From contig OZ257156.1 of NCBI GenBank assembly GCA_965279375.1, forward strand, positions 96,001-160,000: a stretch of 64,000 nucleotides of DNA, given 5' to 3'. This stretch comes from Gemmatimonas sp. (lineage in GTDB: Bacteria; Gemmatimonadota; Gemmatimonadetes; Gemmatimonadales; Gemmatimonadaceae). Below, in pieces: positions 57,084-64,000 of this stretch. Position 1 is the first letter of the stretch. Every line of letters starts with the position of its first letter. A model generated the notes under the pieces. The model was not told the DNA's origin, made no database searches, and saw only the letters and a list, made by a program, of their open reading frames with translations. Position numbers and translations under genes: made by a program.

Positions 57084-58207
57084 TGGCGAGGCCACACCTG
57101 CTGCTGGTGGGCGGCGGGCATGCGCACCTCGAGGTGCTGCGTTCGGCCACGCTGCGCCCGTTCGCCGCCGAGATAACGGTCATTTCGCTTGCCTCGCGTC
57201 AGTTGTACTCGGGGATGATGCCAGGCCATCTACGCGGTGCCTGGTCGGAGGGAGCGCTCTCGGTGGATCTGCCCGCGTTGTGTCGCCGTGCGAACGCACG
57301 TTTCCTCGAGGCGGCCGTGACGCGCGTGCACGCCACACCGACTCACGTGACGGTGGAAACGTCTGACGAAGCGTTGCATGGCTCGCACTGCTCGCTGGAT
57401 ATCGGCGCATCGCCGTCGGGAATGCAGACTCCCGGCGTGACCACGTACGCGCACGCCACGCGTCCTCGCGAGCAGTGGAATGCACTGCTGGCCGCGGTCG
57501 ACCATCTCGCCTCAGCGACTCCGCGCGCACAGTCGCTGCCGTGTTGCGTCGTTGGCGGCGGTGCGGCAGGCACCGAACTCGCTCTCGCGCTGCAGGCGCG
57601 GCTGAGACGCACGCATCCCAACGCCTCGGTCACGCTCATCAGCGGCGCGGCAGTGGTGCCCTTCGGTTTCGCTCCCACCATCACCGCACGCGTTACCTCG
57701 CTGCTGCAGCGCGCCGGCATTGCGACGGAGTTGCAGGCCACGGTTCGCGAAGTCACCGCCAGCTCCGTGCGCCTCGGCAACGGACGCCAGCTGGACTCGG
57801 CGCTGACCATCTGGGCCACGGGCGCGTCCGCACCGGCGCTCATTCGCGCGTCGGCACTGCCTACCGATGCAGAGGGCTACCTGTCCGTCGATCGCACACT
57901 GCGCGCAACGAGCGGCGTGCCGGTGTGGGGCGCCGGCGACTGCATCGCGCTGGGCGACGCCCCCTGGGTAACCAAGTCGGGTGTGTACGCAGTGCGCGCG
58001 GCTCCAGTTCTCGCGCACAACCTGCGCGTGGCCACGAGCAATAGCGGGGCACCACAGCAGTTCACCCCGCAACGTCACACGATGTTCATCCTGGACACCG
58101 CCGACGAGTCAGCGCTGCTTTGCTGGCGAGGCGTGGCCGTGCACAGTTCATGGGCGTTGCGACTCAAGCATTCCATCGACCAGCGATTCGTGGCGCGCTA
58201 CCGGTAG
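57083..58207 (+). CDS. FAD-dependent oxidoreductase similar to the domain found N-terminal to SelD in SelD fusions
   Basis: LLLVGGGHAHLEV, YSGMMPG, VGGGAAGTEL, AGDC, KSGVYAVR and LKHSIDQRFV motifs. Confidence 0.85.
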   Translation: MARPHLLLVGGGHAHLEVLRSATLRPFAAEITVISLASRQLYSGMMPGHLRGAWSEGALSVDLPALCRRANARFLEAAVTRVHATPTHVTVETSDEALHGSHCSLDIGASPSGMQTPGVTTYAHATRPREQWNALLAAVDHLASATPRAQSLPCCVVGGGAAGTELALALQARLRRTHPNASVTLISGAAVVPFGFAPTITARVTSLLQRAGIATELQATVREVTASSVRLGNGRQLDSALTIWATGASAPALIRASALPTDAEGYLSVDRTLRATSGVPVWGAGDCIALGDAPWVTKSGVYAVRAAPVLAHNLRVATSNSGAPQQFTPQRHTMFILDTADESALLCWRGVAVHSSWALRLKHSIDQRFVARYR

Positions 58208-58211
58208 CGCG

Positions 58212-60104
58212 CTACCGATAGCCCGCCGCCTGGAGATTGAACAGCTCCGCATAGCGCCCCTGCTGCGCGAGCAGTTCTTCGTGCGTGCCTTCGCTCTCCA
58301 CGCGCCCGTGTTCGAGCACCAGAATGCGATCGGCCATGCGCACACTCGAGAAGCGATGTGAAATCAACACCGCCGTGCGACCGCTGCTCAATTCCTTGAA
58401 TCGCTGAAAGACCTCGAACTCAGCGCGTGCGTCGAGGGCCGCTGTCGGCTCATCGAGAATGAGCAGCTGCGCCTCACGCATGTAGGCGCGCGCGATGGCG
58501 ATCTTCTGCCATTCGCCACCAGACAGATCCACGCCGCCGCGAAAGCGCTTGCCCACCTGCTGCGCATACCCCAGCGGCAGCTTGCCCACCACACTGGTCG
58601 CCAGACTGCGCTCGGCCGCCTGCGCCACGCGCGCCGCGTCGTCGCGCGCTTCGATGCGTCCCACCGCGATGTTCTCGCCAGCGGTCATATTGTAGCGCAC
58701 GAAGTCCTGAAAGATGACGCCGATGTTCGAACGAAGCGCGTCGAGATCATATTCGCGCAGATCGTGTCCATCCAGCAGGATGCGCCCTTCCACTGGATCG
58801 TACAGACGCGCGAGCAGCTTCACGAGCGTCGTCTTGCCGGCACCGTTCTCGCCAACCAACGCCAGCACTTCACCAGCGCGCAGCGTGAAGCTCAAATGGC
58901 GCACCGCCCACCGCTCGGCCGCTGGATACTTGAAGCCGACGTCCTCGAACACGATGCCTTGCTGAATGACCGCAGGAAACGGCAACGGGTTGGGCGGGCT
59001 GCTGATGCGTGGCTCGATGGTGAAGAACGAGAACAGATCGTCGAGGTAGAACGCCTGACTCGCCGTTTGCGTGAAGCCGATCAGCAAGCCTTCCAGCAGG
59101 CCGCGCAAACGCCGGAACGATCCCGCGAGGAATGTCAGGTCGCCGATGGAGAATTGCCCCGCCACCGTGCGCCACACGATGAACGCGTACGCGACGTAGT
59201 AGCCCGCCGTCCCGAATGCCGTGAGCGCGCCGCCCCACCACGCCCGCTTGAGCGCGAGCTTCCGGTTTGCCTTGTAGAAATCGTCGGCCAACCGGCGATA
59301 GCGCTCGATCAGGAAGCTGTTGAGGCCGAAGATCTTCACTTCCTTGGCCGTCTCCACACTCGCACCCGTCATCCGCACATAGTCGAGTTCACGACGATCG
59401 GCGGTGCGCGAATACGCCAACGCATAGCTCCGCTCGTTGAAGTACGCCTCGCCGAGGAACGCGGGGATCAGCGCGACAAACAGCAGCACGATCAGCCACG
59501 GCGCGAAGGTGATCATGCCGGCGGCGAAGCTGATGATCGTGATGAGATCCTGCGCCTGGCCGAAGAGCTGGCTCATCAGCGACAGTCGTCCGGACGCCTG
59601 CCGACGTGCGCGTTCCAGCTTGTCCTGCTGCTCGCTGTCCTCGAAATCCTCGAGGTCGAGCGTGGCCGCGTGCTCCATCAGCCGAATGCTGGTGGCATTC
59701 GAGAACTGCTCCATCAGCAGCGAATCGACCAACGCCACCACGCGCCCCAGCACATCGGACAGGACGGCAAGCCCCAGCTCCGCGCCGAGCAGCCAGAGCA
59801 CGCGGCGAGACGCCGCATCGACCAGCCAGGCGCGCACGCCCTCGCCGCTCGCCGCAGACGGTGCGTGGCGCATCACTTCGTCGATGATCAGCTTGCCCAC
59901 GTACAGCGTGAGCACGGGCAGCACGGCGCGAACGAGCCGCAGCAGCATCGACGCGACAGTGAGCGCACGACTGGTACGCCAGATCAGCGCCAGAAAGGGT
60001 GGGACGTTACGTATCGCCCCGAGTCGTTCCCGCAACGAGCGCGTCGGCGCCGCGTTCCCGCGTCCCCCACCGCCTCGCCCCGCTCCACTGTCCGCACGTG
60101 CCAT
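58212..60104 (-). CDS. ABC transporter, fused permease/ATP-binding protein
   Basis: TM domain plus GENGAGKT, LSGGEWQ, LDEPT and ISHR motifs. Start ATG 60104. Confidence 0.93.
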   Translation of the reverse strand: MARADSGAGRGGGGRGNAAPTRSLRERLGAIRNVPPFLALIWRTSRALTVASMLLRLVRAVLPVLTLYVGKLIIDEVMRHAPSAASGEGVRAWLVDAASRRVLWLLGAELGLAVLSDVLGRVVALVDSLLMEQFSNATSIRLMEHAATLDLEDFEDSEQQDKLERARRQASGRLSLMSQLFGQAQDLITIISFAAGMITFAPWLIVLLFVALIPAFLGEAYFNERSYALAYSRTADRRELDYVRMTGASVETAKEVKIFGLNSFLIERYRRLADDFYKANRKLALKRAWWGGALTAFGTAGYYVAYAFIVWRTVAGQFSIGDLTFLAGSFRRLRGLLEGLLIGFTQTASQAFYLDDLFSFFTIEPRISSPPNPLPFPAVIQQGIVFEDVGFKYPAAERWAVRHLSFTLRAGEVLALVGENGAGKTTLVKLLARLYDPVEGRILLDGHDLREYDLDALRSNIGVIFQDFVRYNMTAGENIAVGRIEARDDAARVAQAAERSLATSVVGKLPLGYAQQVGKRFRGGVDLSGGEWQKIAIARAYMREAQLLILDEPTAALDARAEFEVFQRFKELSSGRTAVLISHRFSSVRMADRILVLEHGRVESEGTHEELLAQQGRYAELFNLQAAGYR

Positions 60105-60289
60105 GTCGAACGCTACCGGGGTGCGCCCTCCGCGGCTACGCGGCCACGGCCGATTGTAACGGTTCCCGCCCCCGTGTCGATTTGTCGAGCCCCGACCGTC
60201 GTTTCGCTGTCCGCCCGCTGGTCCACCACTCGACGACGCTGTGCCGGCCGCACAGCTTCGCTTCACGTACCTCATCCGGAGTTCGAGCC

Positions 60290-60640
60290 ATGCGCTACCT
60301 CATCCTGATCTACGGCAGTGAACAGCACTGGAGTGCCCTGCCCCCCGAAGCCGTCAGCGCGTACATGCGGCAGTTCGAGTCCTACACGCAGGAAATGATC
60401 GACTCCGGCGTGATGCGCGGCGGCGAAGAGCTGCAGCCAAGCTTTACCGCGACCACAGTGCGCATGCGCGACGGCGTTGCCTACAACACGGACGGACCGT
60501 TTGCCGAAACCAAGGAGCAGTTGGGTGGCTTCTACCACATCGAGGTGGAATCGCTCGACGACGCGCTGCGATGGGCCGCGAAGTGTCCGGGCGCCCCACT
60601 CGGCTCCATCGAAGTGCGCCCCGTCGTGATGCACGGCTAG
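60290..60640 (+). CDS. YciI/DGPF family protein
   Basis: MRYLILIY..TDGPFAETKEQLGGFY..IEVRPV. Confidence 0.92.
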   Translation: MRYLILIYGSEQHWSALPPEAVSAYMRQFESYTQEMIDSGVMRGGEELQPSFTATTVRMRDGVAYNTDGPFAETKEQLGGFYHIEVESLDDALRWAAKCPGAPLGSIEVRPVVMHG

Positions 60641-60658
60641 CCACCGAACACGCAGCAC

Positions 60659-61972
60659 GTGTCAATGCAGATCGGTCAGCAGCCTGCGACAGTGAGCCAC
60701 GCACTCACGCACTTCTGGCAGCGTGAGCGCGTGGCCGTCGTGGCCACGTTGATCGCGTCTGCACGCGGCGACTTCGACGAAGCGGAGGAGGCGCTCGCCG
60801 AGGCAATGCTGCGTGCGACGGAACGGTGGGAACGCGAGGGAATTCCTGAGCGTCCTGCGGCGTGGCTGCTCACCACGGCGCGGCGCATTCTCATCGACCG
60901 GGCGCGCCGCGCGACCGTTGCTTCATCGACAGAGTTGGGCGATACGGTGGCGCGCTCGTACGATAGTGATGATGACGGCGTGCACACCGGCCTGCCTGAC
61001 GAGCGTCTCGCACTGCTGTATACCTGCTGTCACCCCGCGCTCGCCCCGCTCGCGCAGCTCACCCTCGCGCTCAAGACCATCGGCGGACTCTCGGTGCGCG
61101 AGATTGCCCGCGCGTTGCTCGAAGCGGAATCCACCACGGCGCAGCGGTTGGTTCGCACCAAGCGAAAGATCCGCGATGCAGGCATTCCGTACCGCGTGCC
61201 GCAGCGCGACGAGTTGCCACAACGCACGGCAAGGGTTCGAGAGACACTCTATCTGCTCTTCAACGAAGGCTACGGCGCCACCGAAGGCCCGGTCTTTCTG
61301 CGCGTGGACATCGCAGAGGAAGCGATCCGCCTCGCGCGCCTGCTCGTGGTTATGGCGCCTGCTGACGCGGAATCACTCGGACTGCTCGCGCTCATGGTGC
61401 TGCACCACGCACGTCGCGACGCACGCGTCGATCAGGAAGGCGCGATCGTGCCTCTCGAGGAGCAGGACCGCAGCCGTTGGTTCCGTCGAGAAGTTCAGGA
61501 AGGGGAGCATCTGCTCGACCGCGCCATCGCGCTGCGCGATTCGGGCCCGTATCAGCTTCAGGCCGCGATTGCCGCGTTGCACTGTACCGCAGCGACTGCA
61601 TCCGCCACCGACTGGAAGCAGATCGCCATTCTGTACGGCGCGCTGCGCTTCGCCATGCCCACACCAGTCGTGGAGCTCAACGCCGCCGTCGCGCTGGCGA
61701 TGGTGCATGGCCCGGACTGGGGGCTTTCACAGCTCGACGCGCTGGCCACCGAGCGCGGCATGGCCAACTACCACCTGCTGCCGGCCGCGCGCGCCGACTT
61801 GTTGCGGCGCGCGGGACGATACGACGAGGCACGCGACGCGTATTCGCAGGCGCACGCCCTTGCCATGGGTGGTGCGGAACGCCGTTACCTGTTGCGTAGA
61901 GTCAGTGAGTTGCCGCCATCTTCGTCCGGTAGCACCATGGCGCCGCCAGCGTCGTTTCCCCGCACGAACTAG
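60659..61972 (+). CDS. ECF sigma factor with C-terminal TPR extension (ECF42-like)
   Basis: DEAEEAL, PAAWLLTTARR, CCHPAL, YLLFNEGY and GPYQLQAAIAALH motifs; lies downstream of the DGPF gene. Confidence 0.9.
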   Translation: MSMQIGQQPATVSHALTHFWQRERVAVVATLIASARGDFDEAEEALAEAMLRATERWEREGIPERPAAWLLTTARRILIDRARRATVASSTELGDTVARSYDSDDDGVHTGLPDERLALLYTCCHPALAPLAQLTLALKTIGGLSVREIARALLEAESTTAQRLVRTKRKIRDAGIPYRVPQRDELPQRTARVRETLYLLFNEGYGATEGPVFLRVDIAEEAIRLARLLVVMAPADAESLGLLALMVLHHARRDARVDQEGAIVPLEEQDRSRWFRREVQEGEHLLDRAIALRDSGPYQLQAAIAALHCTAATASATDWKQIAILYGALRFAMPTPVVELNAAVALAMVHGPDWGLSQLDALATERGMANYHLLPAARADLLRRAGRYDEARDAYSQAHALAMGGAERRYLLRRVSELPPSSSGSTMAPPASFPRTN

Positions 61973-62263
61973 CGACCGACTGCGGATGTCGCTGGCGCGC
62001 CGGCGTGGAGCAACCGCCGTGAGACGCTGAAATCTCGATCCCGGCGCGGCGGCCTCAGTCCGTTACGCAGAACGATGCAGCATGGACTGGGGGTCTATCG
62101 TGTCTTGGCCACAGTTGTGTGGCAACGTGACAACCATCACATATCATAGCTCAGTTGAAAGGGCTCTCTGCCGCCGGTGTGACGTCAGCTGCGCACATCG
62201 TAAGCTGTTGCCAATAAATCACTTGAGAAGATATGTCGACGCTGCGTTCGCGACGAACCGCCG

Positions 62264-62280
62264 CTGGTCCAGGTATTGCT
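62264..62280 (+). promoter_or_regulatory. Putative sigma-54 (-24/-12) promoter
   Basis: CTGGTCCAGGTATTGCT has GG-N10-GC spacing and lies about 60 bp upstream of the PEP-CTERM gene. Confidence 0.55.
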
Positions 62281-62338
62281 GTGATGCCGGCGGTCAGTAA
62301 ACGTCGACGTCCACCCTCCGCCACAGGCTGCCCCCTCC

Positions 62339-63001
62339 ATGTTTGCCTTTCGTCGCGTCCTCCGCCTCGCGGCCGCGCTCTCCACGGTCGCCTTCACGTC
62401 CACTGCCTCGGCGCAGCTTGTCACCTCCGTGGGCGCGCTGGGCTCGCCCAACAGCACCATCACGAATTTCGGACTCACCAACGCGATCGAGAGCAACGGC
62501 TTTACCGCCATCATCGGCGGTTCGGCCAACATCACCATGTCGTACACGGGCAACGACGGTCTCTACAAAGACTACTGCGGCTGGGGGCTCGGCTCGAACG
62601 GTAGCTCGTGCCTTACTCCCTCTGTAGGCATTAACCAGCAGGGGCTCCTGCGCTTCTCGTTCGGCAACGGCCTCATCTCCGGCGTAGGCGTGTCCATGAA
62701 CTACGCCCCCGGCACTTTCGGTCCCGTCTACATCCGTGCGCTGAGTGCCTCCAACGCGGTGCTCGCCCAGTATGAACTGAACGCGGACGCCCCGATTTCA
62801 TCCAACGCGTTTCAGTTTCGCGGCATTCAGTTCGGCGGCGCGTCCATCTCCGCATTTGAAGTCGAAGGTCAGGGCAACCCGTCGCCGATCATCGAGAGCC
62901 TGACGTACACCACCTCCACTGTGCCGGAACCGTCGACGGTTGTGCTCTTCGCCGCCGGCTTCGTCGCCATCGCGGGCGTTGTGCGTCGTCGCTCCGCCTG
63001 A
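62339..63001 (+). CDS. PEP-CTERM sorting domain protein
   Basis: Signal peptide; C-terminal VPEPSTVVLFAAGFVAIAGVVRRRSA. Confidence 0.93.
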   Translation: MFAFRRVLRLAAALSTVAFTSTASAQLVTSVGALGSPNSTITNFGLTNAIESNGFTAIIGGSANITMSYTGNDGLYKDYCGWGLGSNGSSCLTPSVGINQQGLLRFSFGNGLISGVGVSMNYAPGTFGPVYIRALSASNAVLAQYELNADAPISSNAFQFRGIQFGGASISAFEVEGQGNPSPIIESLTYTTSTVPEPSTVVLFAAGFVAIAGVVRRRSA

Positions 63002-63069
63002 GCGCGCGTCCGTACCCAATAGTTACTAAGATTATCGGCGCCGTTCGCGCCGACTGATCCTCGCGGCGT

Positions 63070-63104
63070 AACGAGGCCCCGTGCAATGTGCATGGGGCCT
63101 CGTT
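63070..63104. terminator. Rho-independent terminator-like hairpin between convergent genes
   Basis: AACGAGGCCCCGTGCA-ATG-TGCATGGGGCCTCGTT followed by GCATTT. Confidence 0.75.
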
Positions 63105-63129
63105 GCATTTGCGAGCACGTTGGTGCCGG

Positions 63130-64000
63130 TCAGCAGCGGGTCAGATAGTTCAGCACATCGCCGGCGCTGTACCACTCACGTCCCGCCAGAAACTTGCCAA
63201 GCACCTTCACGTCGTCACCGCTCGTCACGATGGTCGGCTCGAGGACGCCGTCGTCGCGAACCTGGGGCGCACCGATGCAGGCACAGAGCGCGTTGCACAG
63301 GCACTGCCGATCGACGGTCTCTTCGATCGTGCCACCCTTGGCCAGAAACTGCGCTTCAGGTTCGGCTGCACAGCGATACACGAGCGCGCCATCCTCGCGC
63401 CGCACCGCCTCCCGCAGATAGCCCAGGTCGCACAACCGCTCCCGCGGTTCCACCGGCGCTTTGCTCGCGTCGTCCAGAATGATCTTGAACGGATAGCCCG
63501 TCGGCGAGGCACGCACATCGGTGCGAATGCGAAGTGCATCCTGCGCGGCGCCCGCGATCACGCGCGTCTTGATCTCGTCGGTGAAGCCAGACTCATCGCA
63601 GAACGCGAACAACGTGCCCACCTGAATTCCCGCCGCACCCTCGGCGAGCGCTTGCTCGAGCGCCTCGGGCGAGCCGACGCCGCCCGCCAGCCAGAAGGGC
63701 AAACCGATCTCCCGCATCACCGACAAGTCCACGATATCGCGTTCGCCGTAGATCGGCTCACCCGCCTCGTCGACCTTCAACGCACCGCGCGGTGGGGCAT
63801 TGTGTCCCCCCGCCGTCGGTCCTTCCACGATGAATCCGTCCACGCGCCCGTTCGACTTGCGTGCCAACGTCTGCGCCAGCGATCCCGCCGACACGATCGG
63901 GAAAAAGAGCGGCCGATGCAGCGGCGCGCTGGCCTCGGGGTTCGCGAGATGCGGATCGAACGTGAGCGACTCGGTGACGCCGGCGGGCAGTCCCGCCACA
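63130..64000 (-). CDS. Nitronate monooxygenase family flavoprotein, 5' end outside the window
   Basis: GFIVEGPTAGGHN, LAGGV, GIQVGTLF and SPTGYPFK motifs. Confidence 0.85.
   Translation of the reverse strand, partial: VAGLPAGVTESLTFDPHLANPEASAPLHRPLFFPIVSAGSLAQTLARKSNGRVDGFIVEGPTAGGHNAPPRGALKVDEAGEPIYGERDIVDLSVMREIGLPFWLAGGVGSPEALEQALAEGAAGIQVGTLFAFCDESGFTDEIKTRVIAGAAQDALRIRTDVRASPTGYPFKIILDDASKAPVEPRERLCDLGYLREAVRREDGALVYRCAAEPEAQFLAKGGTIEETVDRQCLCNALCACIGAPQVRDDGVLEPTIVTSGDDVKVLGKFLAGREWYSAGDVLNYLTRC

Noticed and set aside
57083..58207. Selenophosphate synthetase or selenoprotein
   Set aside because: Only the flavoprotein domain is present. It ends in TAG with a convergent gene 4 bp later, and I saw no SelD domain or in-frame UGA.
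1..64000. CRISPR arrays, tRNA/rRNA, transposases
   Set aside because: No regularly spaced repeats, RNA-gene signatures or transposase motifs noticed by eye. A covariance-model scan would be needed to exclude small ncRNAs.

Overview
High-GC, gene-dense bacterial chromosomal window. The PEP-CTERM protein, Ser/Thr kinase-TPR protein, DUF885, NHL-repeat proteins and HupE/UreJ protein suggest Gemmatimonadota or a similar lineage (inference). I found about 40 CDS and no rRNA, tRNA, CRISPR array or mobile element. In order, the window holds: a BAAT-type hydrolase and D-aminoacylase; a PepSY / TonB receptor / PiuC iron-uptake locus; a mono-heme cytochrome c-(putative beta-barrel) plus pentaheme cytochrome pair divergent from an OmpR-type two-component system; a lone superinfection-immunity gene; a minus-strand run with a frameshifted DUF885; an IorAB-NHL-amidase operon; a kinase and a STAND adenylate cyclase; a four-gene cluster (carotenoid-desaturase-like flavoenzyme, Met-rich hypothetical, polyprenyl synthase, 1232-aa tandem acetoacetate-decarboxylase-like protein); a periplasmic redox island (PQQ dehydrogenase, HupE-cytochrome c fusion, NHL, cytochrome c-RidA fusion, Tat flavin oxidase); copA with a 31-aa upstream membrane peptide and a CsoR-like promoter; a radical SAM/DUF547/TVP38/MerA-like/SelD-N-like cluster; an ABC transporter; YciI-ECF42; a PEP-CTERM gene; and a partial nitronate monooxygenase. 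The strongest candidates for undescribed systems are the prenyl/ADC-like cluster (33210-40984), the cytochrome-barrel pair (8133-11039), the radical SAM cluster (52370-58207) and the cytochrome c fusions (43477-49372). All family calls come from motif recognition by eye, with no database searches.
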